A DNA stretch of 64,000 bases from an uncultured cyanobacterium (GTDB taxonomy: Bacteria; Cyanobacteriota; Cyanobacteriia; Cyanobacteriales; Cyanobacteriaceae): NCBI GenBank assembly GCA_963710605.1, contig CAVQBA010000006.1:544001-608000 (forward strand), read 5' to 3'. Below, one piece after another: positions 11,867 to 22,016 of this stretch (its first letter is position 1; each line of letters begins with the position of its first letter). The position numbers were made by a program, and so were the translations under genes. A model generated the notes under the pieces. It ran no database searches, was not told where the DNA came from, and saw only the letters and a program-made list of their open reading frames with translations.

Positions 11867-11902
11867 GTAATAATTCATCTTCATACTTAACTATTGAGAT
11901 GT

Positions 11903-12109
11903 TCAATTATTGATTTCATCATTAATTACTTGAGCCATTAATTTAGGATAAATAATTAAAAAATAAACCCACCAAGCTGTAATAGCTATTGTAGCTAAAA
12001 TCGTGATAATAAGGTTATGTAATACTAGCCAGCTAAAGGTTATAATTGTTAAACCTGTGAGTATAATTGACCAAGGTTGACACCACCAAGGTTTATATTT
12101 CCAAACCAT
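11903..12109 (-). CDS. Small conserved cyanobacterial membrane protein
   Basis: WKYKPWWCQPWSI motif and two TM helices. Confidence 0.75.
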   Translation of the reverse strand: MVWKYKPWWCQPWSIILTGLTIITFSWLVLHNLIITILATIAITAWWVYFLIIYPKLMAQVINDEINN

Positions 12110-12221
12110 AAAAAATATTATTTTGCGATTAAATGTTATTACCAAATAATAGCAAAAAAAATAACTAATATATTTAAATCAACATAATTATTAACATAAA
12201 TAAAGAATAATTCTAGTTAAA

Positions 12222-12689
12222 ATGAAAATTGAAAAAGCAACTTTTGGCGGTGGCTGTTTTTGGGGAATAGAAGAAAGTTTCCGCACTGTTAAAGGAGTGA
12301 CCAAAACTTCTGTTGGTTATATGGGAGGTCATTTTGCTAACCCAAGTTATCTTGATGTATTATCAAGGATTACAGGACACGCAGAAGTTGCTCAAATAGA
12401 ATATGATTCTACCACGATCGAATACGACGAGTTGTTAGATATATTTTGGTCAATTCATGATCCAACTCAACTTAATCGTCAAGGTGCAGATAGAGGAGAA
12501 CAATATCGATCGATTATTTTTCATCATACTCCAGAACAAGCAAAACAAGCAGGGTTATCTAAATCAAGATTAACACTATCGCAGAAGTTTTCTCAATCGA
12601 TCGTTACTTTAATCGAACCTGCATCCGAATATTATTTAGCCTCGGATGAGCATCAACAATATTTATTTAAAGCTAAGGTAAAAAAATAA
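12222..12689 (+). CDS. msrA: Peptide methionine sulfoxide reductase A
   Basis: GGCFWG, GHAE, HDPTQLNRQG, QYRS. Confidence 0.93.
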   Translation: MKIEKATFGGGCFWGIEESFRTVKGVTKTSVGYMGGHFANPSYLDVLSRITGHAEVAQIEYDSTTIEYDELLDIFWSIHDPTQLNRQGADRGEQYRSIIFHHTPEQAKQAGLSKSRLTLSQKFSQSIVTLIEPASEYYLASDEHQQYLFKAKVKK

Positions 12690-12881
12690 TCACTCAATAC
12701 AGAAATAAAAACCATTCTGTCTCTCTTTTTAGCAACCCTAGACACCAACAAGTCAATCCTTCTGCGTAATTTCTGTATCTTTGCGGTTAAAAAAACCCCT
12801 TTTCTTTAAGCCAAAATGAAATGAGCTTGAGAAAGATTAGCTTACAATAAAAGAAAACAAATAAATTGAGAGTGAAAAGTA

Positions 12882-13043
12882 ATGATTGTCTCCACAACAG
12901 ATACGATCGAGAATCAAACAATCACAGAATACGTTGAAATTGTGACAGCGGAAGTCGTTTATGGCACAAATGCTCTCAAAGACTTTTTTGCGGGAATTAA
13001 AGATGTATTTGGTGGACGTACAGGAGGATACGGCAATAATTGA
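12882..13043 (+). pseudogene. Truncated YbjQ/UPF0145-family gene (53 aa)
   Basis: MIVSTTDTIENQTITEYVEIVTAEVVYGTNALKDFFAGIKDVFGGRTGGY then a stop inside the heptamer array; C-terminal half absent. Confidence 0.75.
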
Positions 13044-13107
13044 GAATTGAGAATTGAGAATTGAGAATTGAGAATTGAGAATTGAGAATTGAGAATTGAG
13101 AATTGAA
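13038..13107. repeat. Heptamer tandem repeat (AATTGAG)x9 plus 1 imperfect copy
   Basis: Read directly; cyanobacterial STRR type. Confidence 0.95.
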
Positions 13108-13156
13108 AGAGTGCCAAAATTACTGTTCCTTTTTTCTGTAAAATTGCCTTAACAAA

Positions 13157-13648
13157 ATGGTGAATCATATCGATCAAAACTACCGCATCAGAAGGTGGCA
13201 ACCAGCAGATAGAGAAACTGCCGCCCAAATTATTAAGCAAGTTTTAGCTGAGTACAATTTACCTTGGCAACCAACCACCGCTGATATAGATGTCTTAGAA
13301 GTAGAAAAATATTATCTTCAAGTTGGTGGTGAATTTTGGGTAGTTGAAGATACTATATCCCGAAAAATAGTCGCCACAGCCGCTTATTATCCCATCAGTA
13401 GAGGAATTAATGCCGTTGAAATTCGTAAAATGTATATTCTTCCTACTCATCGAGGCAAAGGTTTAGGTAAATACTTATTAACTCAATTAGAACAAACAAT
13501 TATCGATCGAGGTTATCAGCAAATTTGGATTGAAACTGCGAGTATTTTAACCCAAGCCGTTGCCTTATACGAAAAATATGATTATCAACCAACCGAAGGT
13601 GTAGAAACCGATCGTTGCGATCGAATTTATTATAAAAATCTTTCTTAG
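13157..13648 (+). CDS. GNAT-family N-acetyltransferase
   Basis: RGKGLG acetyl-CoA motif and AVALYEK. Confidence 0.9.
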   Translation: MVNHIDQNYRIRRWQPADRETAAQIIKQVLAEYNLPWQPTTADIDVLEVEKYYLQVGGEFWVVEDTISRKIVATAAYYPISRGINAVEIRKMYILPTHRGKGLGKYLLTQLEQTIIDRGYQQIWIETASILTQAVALYEKYDYQPTEGVETDRCDRIYYKNLS

Positions 13649-13753
13649 CCATTAAAAACGAAAGTTAGTAGTTATAGCGTTAATTTAAGGTGTTGTAGGG
13701 GTTGAATAATATTCAACCCAAAACCAAAATATTGAGATCTAATATCTAACCAT

Positions 13754-15334
13754 TTAACGTATTCTTGGCGGCTTAGTTGAAGTGTAAATTTTATTATTCA
13801 CTGGTTTTTTTTGTCGTAAAGCTCTTTTTTCATCTAACAAAGCATCAACATCAGCGTCGGATAATTTTTGAATATAATTAACTTTAACTTCTTCTAGTAA
13901 AGCAACTAACATATCTTCAATACGAGTAATCTCATATTCTGTCGCACTACTAAACTGAATAGTTTTGCTAAATTTAACAATAATTTGTTCCAAATGTTCA
14001 TCGAAAACAGGATCTTCTTCAAGTAGATTAGTTACACCATCTGAAAGTGTTTGATAAAGCTGAGTTGCTAAACTTGTACTTATTTTATGAGAAAAACCGT
14101 TTAACCCGGGCAAATTTTTGACATTTTTATAAACATCAGATTCACTGATACTTTTTTCAATCGTATAAACTAATAATTGTTCGACATCATCACGAATACC
14201 GGGTAATACTCTGTAAGCCATTAAGTTGATCAAAACTTTTGTAATTTCGGTAACTTCATTAGTATTATTAAGGTCAATATATTCTCTATCTTCTTTGGCA
14301 GGAGTGAGTAGTTTTTCGATTTGCCCTTCTTTAAAGACTGTTTGTAGTTGGTTGACTACTCTTAATACGACAACTTCGGTAACATCTTCGGCAATTCCGG
14401 CTACAAAACCTTGAGATACTTGTTTTTTAATACCACCAGATTGTAACAGTTTAGCTTCATCTAAACGAATGGTGACGGGAATAATTCTTAGCCAACGCCA
14501 AGTAGGTAAAAGAAAAATTAAATCATACCAACGCCATAAAATAGCATCAAAAAAGTTAACTCCGTTGTAACGATAGCTAATCCCCACACAACGAATCAGA
14601 AAGTCAACAAAAAGAATTAAAAAGAAAGGAAAATCAACTAAGCCGTAGTTGTCAATGTATTCTCCATTTTCGCCTAATGGGCGATAAAAATTAGTATTAA
14701 TTAAAGGACGAATTTCTCGATTAAAAAAAGTTAATTCATTTAAAGCTCTACCCTCCAAATGTGAGGTAGTCCAAAAATTGATAAAAGCTTGTCTTGCAGA
14801 GTCTCTTGGATTATCAAAATGAGGATCCATATGATCTCTTATTTTGTTTTTTATTTTTTCTAAATTACCACTTTTATTAGCTAATTCAAAGGGATTTTGT
14901 TCAATTATATCGACGGTTTCGGCTCTTAATGCTGATAATATTTCTCTAGTTAGATTGTTGTCTAAACCATAAGTGCGGATAGTAAGTATTAATTCATCTA
15001 CATCCTCTAAATATTGCTCTGTTTGCCGATATGGTTCAATTCCTTTAATCACGTCATAATTAGTAATTGTTTCACTCCAAGAATCGGGAAGAACTTTAAG
15101 GCGAATACCTTCGTATTCATAAGGCCCTACCTTAAAACTGGCAACAGTAACTCGACCATTTAACCAAATATCACGTAGCGGTATATAGCTTAAGTCAAAA
15201 GCGATAACACATAAGTTAGCAACAGAAATAAGAGCGATTATACGACTAATCCATAAACGATTGTAATACCAGTTACAACTAGAACCAAAAAGATTGAAAG
15301 TTCGTCTGATTGTCGAGAAGATTGGTCTTTTCAT
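13754..15334 (-). CDS. Conserved cyanobacterial membrane protein of unknown function
   Basis: 526-aa ORF with TM segments and WRWYD...WRWLRIIPV. Confidence 0.75.
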   Translation of the reverse strand: MKRPIFSTIRRTFNLFGSSCNWYYNRLWISRIIALISVANLCVIAFDLSYIPLRDIWLNGRVTVASFKVGPYEYEGIRLKVLPDSWSETITNYDVIKGIEPYRQTEQYLEDVDELILTIRTYGLDNNLTREILSALRAETVDIIEQNPFELANKSGNLEKIKNKIRDHMDPHFDNPRDSARQAFINFWTTSHLEGRALNELTFFNREIRPLINTNFYRPLGENGEYIDNYGLVDFPFFLILFVDFLIRCVGISYRYNGVNFFDAILWRWYDLIFLLPTWRWLRIIPVTIRLDEAKLLQSGGIKKQVSQGFVAGIAEDVTEVVVLRVVNQLQTVFKEGQIEKLLTPAKEDREYIDLNNTNEVTEITKVLINLMAYRVLPGIRDDVEQLLVYTIEKSISESDVYKNVKNLPGLNGFSHKISTSLATQLYQTLSDGVTNLLEEDPVFDEHLEQIIVKFSKTIQFSSATEYEITRIEDMLVALLEEVKVNYIQKLSDADVDALLDEKRALRQKKPVNNKIYTSTKPPRIR

Positions 15335-16536
15335 GAGTTGATATCAGTAAAGTATAGTGTATATTGATAAGTTTTCTGATCGATCGTATTTTCTGTTAAA
15401 AGGATAAGTGATTAATGCTTGATTAGTAAATAAGTATGATATTTTTTAAATATTACTATAGTATGCAACTTCAACCCTAATATTCTTGTTATTGGCTTTC
15501 TCTTCTATTTACTCGCTCGAGATTTATAACTAAACTAATATTCATCTGAGTAAAAGATAAGTTTTTTCTATCTACACATCTAGATTTTTTTGGTATAATT
15601 AGCTACAATATATTTTAAGGAAAAGTTAGAAACGATCGCTATTTAGTTGGAACAAATTACAATCTTGAAGTGAGTCACAACACTAACCAGAACTTAACTA
15701 AAAATAGTTATTAAATAACTGCTTAAGATAAAGTGAACTTCAGGTGTAACTACTCTTCATATCTGTTGTGTTCAACCTTGTTACCTAAAAGAAAAAGAAG
15801 ACAAATAAAAGTCTCAATCTCTCACTCTTAATTCGTCAATCATTTTGAATTGCGAACTTAATGTAAAGAAAATAGTTGCAATTTGTTATAAATTGTAATG
15901 TATATCTGTGTGAATCTTGCTACACTTGACAACATTCAGAATAATAAAAAAATCAAATTAAGTAATGTGATGCTGATGTTTTATTATTAGTTGACTTAAA
16001 AAGTTATCATCGATCGAAAGAAAGGTTAACAGGCGAATATGGTTGGTGTTCTTTTAAGAGTTAAAGTTTAACCGGTGGCTAGTTTCAGTTTTTTATCAAA
16101 CTGCCAATCATAGTAGAATTGGTTATGTTAAATCAAGACAAAGTTACGAACTAAACCCCAAGATAAGCCCCTTCGTTTCACTTGAAATTTAAACTTAAAA
16201 ACAATAATTAAGATAACTAATACTTAAGTAATTACAACTAATAATTTTGATTCGGTAAAAATTATTAGCTGAAGCTTTACAAATTTAAAAAGGTGTGTAA
16301 TACTTTAGCAGACTGTTTAATCATTAAGTATTTATTGATAATTAGTTCAGATGATCGATAGATAAAAATAATTAATTAAAAACATTAAAAAATTTGAAGT
16401 TTTTTTTTGATTTGATCACAAAAAACTATTATGCAATTATCATTTATAAAGCAAATTAGTGTAAACTTCAGGTAAAGTTCTGTAATTGTGCATATTTTGC
16501 TACCTACAAACAAGAAATATTCGAGGAGATAAATTA

Positions 16537-17202
16537 GTGACTATTTTGAGCAAATTAAAAGAGATGATTGGTGGCGGTCAAGAAAATTATTCTGATGGAG
16601 AGTATGAGTCTGAGAATCAGGATTTAGGACAAAGTTATCCAATGCAACAGGATGATAGTTATGGGTTATCTGAGCAGATGACGATTAGAGAAACGATCGT
16701 TCAACCCTCTAGTCAGACAACTAGTCGTATTTTTAGAAAAGAGCAATCTGTAAGCACAGAAGTACCTTCTTATCCTAATCTAAATAGTAGTTCAAACAAT
16801 TTTCCTGATAATGTAATTGGTATGCCAGGACCTAACAATATGATAAACGAAGTAGTTGTAATAGAGCCTCATTCTTTTGAAGAAATTCCTCAAGTAATTC
16901 AAACTCTAAAAGAACAAAGATCCGTTGTGTTAAACTTAAACGTAATGGAGCCTGATGAAGCACAAAGAGCGGTTGATTTTGTCGCAGGTGGTACTTATGC
17001 GATCGATGGTCATCAAGAAAGAATTGGTGAAAGTATCTTCTTATTTACTCCTCGTAATGTCAAAGTAAGTAATATTCCGGGTAAATCTTATAACAATAAT
17101 AGCTCTGAAACAGTTATTACTTATAATGATTTGAGTAATTCTTTTGCTGATGATATCTGGAGTGGTAACAATTCTCACGTAGAAAACATCAACATGGCAT
17201 AA
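16537..17202 (+). CDS. sepF: Cell division protein SepF
   Basis: [17 protein letters not shown]...FLFTP; GAGGAG RBS before GTG at 16537; lies upstream of proC. Confidence 0.92.
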   Translation: MTILSKLKEMIGGGQENYSDGEYESENQDLGQSYPMQQDDSYGLSEQMTIRETIVQPSSQTTSRIFRKEQSVSTEVPSYPNLNSSSNNFPDNVIGMPGPNNMINEVVVIEPHSFEEIPQVIQTLKEQRSVVLNLNVMEPDEAQRAVDFVAGGTYAIDGHQERIGESIFLFTPRNVKVSNIPGKSYNNNSSETVITYNDLSNSFADDIWSGNNSHVENINMA

Positions 17203-17348
17203 TTAATCAATTTGATTATTAATACTATAGTAAAAATCAATTCAATGATTACTACTATTACTGATTACCGAAAATCTAACTAAATTATTACCAGTGTAGT
17301 TAGTGAAATGATTAGAAACTTAAACTGTTACTTGAGATTAAAATAAGC

Positions 17349-18152
17349 GTGGTTTTTAAATTAGGTGTTGTAGGCGGTGGAGTAATGGCTGAAGCTATTG
17401 TTTCCCGTCTGTTACAACAAAACATATACGATCGTTCTAATATTGCAATTAGTGAGCCTTCTGTTGAGCGTCGTCAATATTGGCAAAATGAATATCAAGT
17501 TACAACTATTAGTGATAATCAACAACTTTTAAATTCTTCAGAGGTTGTTCTTTTAGCTATTAAACCGCAAATTTTATCGATAGTTACATCTTCACTCTCG
17601 ATCGATACTCAGATTAATTCCCCTTTAATTTTATCAATTTTAGCAGGTGTTACCTTAGATAAACTCGCTCAAAATTTTCCTCAATTACCCATTATCCGTG
17701 TAATGCCGAATACACCTGCATTAGTCGGAGAAGGTATCAGTGCAATCACTCCTAATGCTTTAGTGAGTAAAGATCAATTATCGATCGCTAAATCGTTGTT
17801 AGAAGCAGTTGGTGAGGTGATTGAGGTAGAAGAGTATTTGATGGATGCCGTGACGGGTTTATCAGGTTCTGGACCTGCTTTTGTGGCGATTATGATTGAG
17901 GCTTTAGCCGATGGTGGTGTGGCTTCGGGCTTACCAAGAGCGATCGCTTTATCTTTAGCCACGCAAACTGTTTTAGGTACAGCTCAACTAGTTAAGCAAG
18001 AAAACTTACATCCTGCTTTATTAAAAGATCGAGTAACAAGCCCCGGTGGTACAACCATCTCAGGTGTAGCTCAATTGGAAGAAAAAGGATTTCGTAACGC
18101 AATTATTTCGGCGGTAAAAGCCGCTTATCAACGTTCTCAAGAATTGAGTTGA
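17349..18152 (+). CDS. proC: Pyrroline-5-carboxylate reductase
   Basis: GGGVMA, RVMPNTP, SGSGPA, VTSPGGTT. Confidence 0.96.
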   Translation: MVFKLGVVGGGVMAEAIVSRLLQQNIYDRSNIAISEPSVERRQYWQNEYQVTTISDNQQLLNSSEVVLLAIKPQILSIVTSSLSIDTQINSPLILSILAGVTLDKLAQNFPQLPIIRVMPNTPALVGEGISAITPNALVSKDQLSIAKSLLEAVGEVIEVEEYLMDAVTGLSGSGPAFVAIMIEALADGGVASGLPRAIALSLATQTVLGTAQLVKQENLHPALLKDRVTSPGGTTISGVAQLEEKGFRNAIISAVKAAYQRSQELS

Positions 18153-18397
18153 GTAATTAATTGTTGTGTGCTACTAGCTTGATGAGTATTACCATCTTCT
18201 ATTTCTTGCATCGCCTGTAATGTAATTTTGTTGGGCTGATTTATTTTTAACTCAAAAGGTATGCCACCGTGGTTGATTACCGCTTGAGCAAATAACTCGA
18301 TCGCTTGTGAAGGGCTTAAACCAGCTTTTTCGCAAATATTAGTGAATTGAATTTTTAAACTTGAATCAACTTTAGCACTAAGCAAATCTGTTGTCAT
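18137..18397 (-). CDS. RelB/DinJ-family antitoxin (orphan)
   Basis: GLSPSQAIELF...GGIPFEL..PNKITLQAMQE pattern; converges on and overlaps the proC end. Confidence 0.8.
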   Translation of the reverse strand: MTTDLLSAKVDSSLKIQFTNICEKAGLSPSQAIELFAQAVINHGGIPFELKINQPNKITLQAMQEIEDGNTHQASSTQQLITQLNS

Positions 18398-18494
18398 AAT
18401 ATAAACTGTATGATTATCTTTATTTTTTATTGTAATGTTTGCTTCGACAAAATTTAGCATTGAAAATATCGAAGGAAAAAACTAGCCTTGAACT

Positions 18495-18655
18495 TATAGT
18501 TATTTCAAAAAAGAATTAAGATAGTATTAATTATATCTAAAACTTGAATTTTTACCCCACCTTGTAATGAATTACAAGGCTAATAGATCCCGTTTAATAA
18601 ATTAAACTCAAATAAAATACCAAAAATTGTCTCATCGTTATTTTAAACAACTATA
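18495..18655. mobile_element. TATA-flanked MITE, family A (IS630-like ends)
   Basis: TATAGT...TGTCTCA...ACTATA ends; reverse-oriented homologue of 21015-21176 and 60545-60683. Confidence 0.65.
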
Positions 18656-18847
18656 AGTTCAAGGCTAACCATGTACGTTAACTAAAGTTAACTAAAAACC
18701 TAAAATTAAAAATGTGTCTTAGATTAAATCATACCTTGCTATAGGAAAACAAGAAACGATCGATTTAAAAATACTCGATATATCGTAGTTTTACATGAAG
18801 TAATGTAGTTTCGTGAACCCTACAAAAAAATATTTGTTTGAGTTGTT

Positions 18848-19634
18848 TTAGCGTTTAAATTGACTTTCTACAGCACTTACTAATAAATCTCTGGGCATAA
18901 ACCGAGGTAGATTAACGATAAATTTATTGCCTATACCACCAGTAACAACTGTCGATCGATTTTTAGCCAAAGCCTCAAGTGCATCACAAACAACTTGTTT
19001 TGAAGATGTGAGAGTATCATTTTTTTCTTGTCCACCGAAAGAATCAGGAAATTCCGCTCCTTTAAAAAAATTCGATTGAGTACGAACCAGGGCAAAGAGC
19101 TAAAATATTAACTTCAGAATCTTTATTTTCTGCCCATAATGCCTCAGTAAAACTCAGTACGAATGCTTTAGTAGCGGCATATACAGACATATAAGGTAAG
19201 GGTTGATACCCAGCAATAGAAGAAACATTAATAATTCCACCTTTTTTTCTTTGCTTCATTTCAGGTAAATACAATCGTGTCAACTCAGTTAAGACAGTAA
19301 TATTAAGTTGAATCATACTGATTTGTTTGTCTAAAGAGCGATCGTCAAAATTGCCATAATCACCGAAACCTGCATTATTAATTAATAAATCAATCGTCCA
19401 TCCTTGAGCTTTAATTTTGTCATAGACTAACTTTCCTGCCTTAGGCTCAGTCAAATCTTGAGGAATTACTAAGGTTTGAATTTGTTCTTGTTGTTCTAAT
19501 TCTGTGGCTAGTTGTTCTAGTTTATCTTGAGAACGAGCCACTAAAACCAAATTTTTCTTTTGTGACGCTAATTCTCTGGCAAAAGCTTCTCCTATTCCCG
19601 ATGATGCACCCGTAATTAAAGCTGTTTGACTCAT
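18848..19634 (-). CDS. Short-chain dehydrogenase/reductase, frameshift near 19083
   Basis: TGASSGIG, NNAG, YAATK; C-terminus TQSNFFKGAEF...FKR* continues in a shifted frame to 18848. Confidence 0.88.
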
Positions 19635-19828
19635 TGTTAATTCAATTCCTTTTGTTACAAATTGTAACGTATTTAATTTACGATCGACAAGAAGTAATAA
19701 TTAATAATCGCCTCTTTTAATTATTCTTTGAAATGACCTCACCCCCAACCCCTCTCCTGCGAGGAGAGGGGAGTTTTCAAAAAAAACTTATAGTAATTAC
19801 TCCTTAAATTTCCCCCTTACGAAGGGGA

Positions 19829-19869
19829 GGGGCTGTCACCTGAATTGATTTCAGGTGCTTGTAAGCCCC
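19829..19869. repeat. 41-bp nested-hairpin element GGGGCTGTCACCTGAA...TTCAGGTGCTTGTAAGCCCC (further copies at 22924-22964 and 44134-44174)
   Basis: Three copies, each inside a CCCCCTT..AAGGGG repeat. Confidence 0.85.
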
Positions 19870-19933
19870 GTGGCTAGGGGTAAGGGGGCTAGGGGGATTA
19901 ATCTGTATTTTATGAAACTGAGAAAGACTATAT

Positions 19934-20872
19934 TCAAGAATCAATTGTTTGACATTCAAGCACAAAAGAAACCTTTTCCATTTCGTCTTTATTTGGAAAA
20001 GAAGATTGAACACCTGTTTTACTCACCGATAAACTACTAGCAATCACACCATGTTTGACCGCTTCTTTTAAAGAATAACCCAAACTTAAACCCATAGTTA
20101 AACCACCATTAAAAGCATCTCCTGCCCCAACCGTATCTACTACTTTTAGCTTTGGTGCGGATACTAAAAATTGTTTTTGATTAGTTGCACAAAAAACTCC
20201 TTCGCTACCCATTGTAATAATTACTGTTTTTACCCCTTTATTTAATAACCACAAACTAGCTTTTTTAGCATCTTCAATATTATCAACAGTAAACCCAACT
20301 AACTGACTCACTTCGATCGTGTTAGGGGTAATAATATCTATTTTGGTATAAATATCTTCGGGTAGATCGACTACAGGAGCGGGATCTAAAATTACTTTAA
20401 CATTATATTGACGAGCTAAATCGATCGCTTTTATTACCGCCTCAAGAGGAATTTCTAATTGCAATAATAAGTAAGTGGATGTTGCTAAAACTTTTTCTAA
20501 ATTAGCTAAATCTGTATCATCAACATTACCATTAGCACCTGTAACGATAATAATCTGATTTTCGCCTGTTGTTTCTTCTACCGCAATCATTGCTATACCT
20601 GTAGATTGGTTAGTAGAGACTCGAACATTTTCAATATTGACTTGATTTTGTGCTAATTCATCTTTGAGTTGTTGCCCAAAACGATCGTTACCGACTCTAC
20701 CAATCAAACTTGTCGGGATACCTAAACGAGCAAGGGCGACTGCTTGATTCGCTCCTTTTCCTCCTCCTGTTGTCTGGAAAGAGTTTGCGGTTAATGTTTC
20801 TCCAGTTGTTGGTAAACGTTTAACTTGAACGGTTAAATCTAGATTGATGCTACCAAAGACGACTACGCTCAT
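19934..20872 (-). CDS. rbsK: Ribokinase
   Basis: GSINLD, GGKGANQA, DTVGAGDAF. Confidence 0.93.
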   Translation of the reverse strand: MSVVVFGSINLDLTVQVKRLPTTGETLTANSFQTTGGGKGANQAVALARLGIPTSLIGRVGNDRFGQQLKDELAQNQVNIENVRVSTNQSTGIAMIAVEETTGENQIIIVTGANGNVDDTDLANLEKVLATSTYLLLQLEIPLEAVIKAIDLARQYNVKVILDPAPVVDLPEDIYTKIDIITPNTIEVSQLVGFTVDNIEDAKKASLWLLNKGVKTVIITMGSEGVFCATNQKQFLVSAPKLKVVDTVGAGDAFNGGLTMGLSLGYSLKEAVKHGVIASSLSVSKTGVQSSFPNKDEMEKVSFVLECQTIDS

Positions 20873-21014
20873 AATTAATAATTAATAGTTCATACTTTAT
20901 ATAGTATTTGTTATGGTTAATTATCTACCAATCATAGGATGAGTAATAATACTATTCACCACAAACCTTAAAAAATTCATTCAGACTCAGTCGTAACCCA
21001 TCAAATTTCACATT

Positions 21015-21176
21015 TATAGTCTATCAAAATAAGAATGAGACAATTTAAAGATTCTTTCTTTGAGTTTAATTCATTAAACGTTATCTGTTAGCCTTGTCAA
21101 TTTATTGCAAGGCGGGTTTTATATTTTTCTTTCTACTATTCTTTATACTGTCTTAAAGTTAATTAAAACAACTATA
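21015..21176. mobile_element. TATA-flanked MITE, family A
   Basis: TATAGTCTATCAAAATAAGAATGAGACA...TGTCTTAAAG...ACTATA with an internal GCCTTG..CAAGGC hairpin. Confidence 0.65.
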
Positions 21177-21236
21177 TATTTTTTTGACATTAAATGTTGG
21201 GTTTCGCTTTTATTTTATCTATCGCTTGTATATTAA

Positions 21237-22016
21237 CTATTTGAAGGCTTAACCCAACCTACGAGTCTCGATCGCACTGATTCAGCTATTATTAGTCCGC
21301 ATACTACCATCAGGCATAATAGTTTCATAAAAAATGCAACCATTAAAGTAAGCACTTTTCCAATCTTTAGCTTCAATAAAATCCGTTCTAGTAAGGTTCG
21401 CACCATCGATAAAATCAGTTTGACCAATATAAGCTTTAACAAATTTGGCATCAGTCAAATTAGCTCCCCAAAAGTAAGCACCACTCAAATCAGCTCCCGT
21501 CAAGTCTGCCCCAGTAAGGTTAGCCCCTTGCAAATTACTTTGAGCCATGGAAACTTCTCTCAAGTTAGTAAAACTAAAATTGGTTTCATCCAAAGTCAAT
21601 TCGGACAAGTTAGACCTACTAAGGTTAGCATGGGTCAAATTACAACAATAGATAGGGTTGACAGAAAATTCGATTCCACTCAAATTGATTCCGCTGAGAT
21701 CGACTTCCATCAGTTCGCCAAACAGTTCTTCAATCCAAGAAAAATCTCGCTCCCCAGCAGCATATCTTCTGAGCAATTCTTCAACTTCCATAATTCAAAT
21801 TCTCAAATAATAAACCAACTTAATAATAAAGTAAATCGAATCTGGTCAACCCTTTTACCGCAAACCAACATCGACATCATCTATGAAATAAAAGACTTGC
21901 TTTCTGGACAACTAGCAGAAGTCACTATCACAGGTTTTGACAAAAATATCATATATACTAACTTTAACGTCGGCTGTTGGGTTTCGCTTTTGTTTTATGT
22001 ATCGTATGTATATTGA
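21237..22016 (+). other. Stop-free in-register antisense frame spanning pentapeptide gene 1 (possible fragment of a large exoprotein)
   Basis: No stop between TAA at 21234 and TGA at 22014; continues past the pentapeptide start as IWSTLLPQTNIDIIYEIKDLLSGQLAEVTITGFD. Confidence 0.6.
21282..21791 (-). CDS. Pentapeptide-repeat protein, cassette 1
   Basis: MEVEELLRRYAAGERDF N-cap, A(N/D)LxG repeats, TIMPDGS C-cap. Confidence 0.9.
   Translation of the reverse strand: MEVEELLRRYAAGERDFSWIEELFGELMEVDLSGINLSGIEFSVNPIYCCNLTHANLSRSNLSELTLDETNFSFTNLREVSMAQSNLQGANLTGADLTGADLSGAYFWGANLTDAKFVKAYIGQTDFIDGANLTRTDFIEAKDWKSAYFNGCIFYETIMPDGSMRTNNS

Noticed and set aside
12959-13240. 93-aa minus-strand ORF with FSILNSQ repeats
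   Set aside because: Translation artefact of the heptamer array, antisense to real genes.
19804-20040. Two small ORFs over the repeat cluster
   Set aside because: They derive from GC-rich repeats and the rbsK end.
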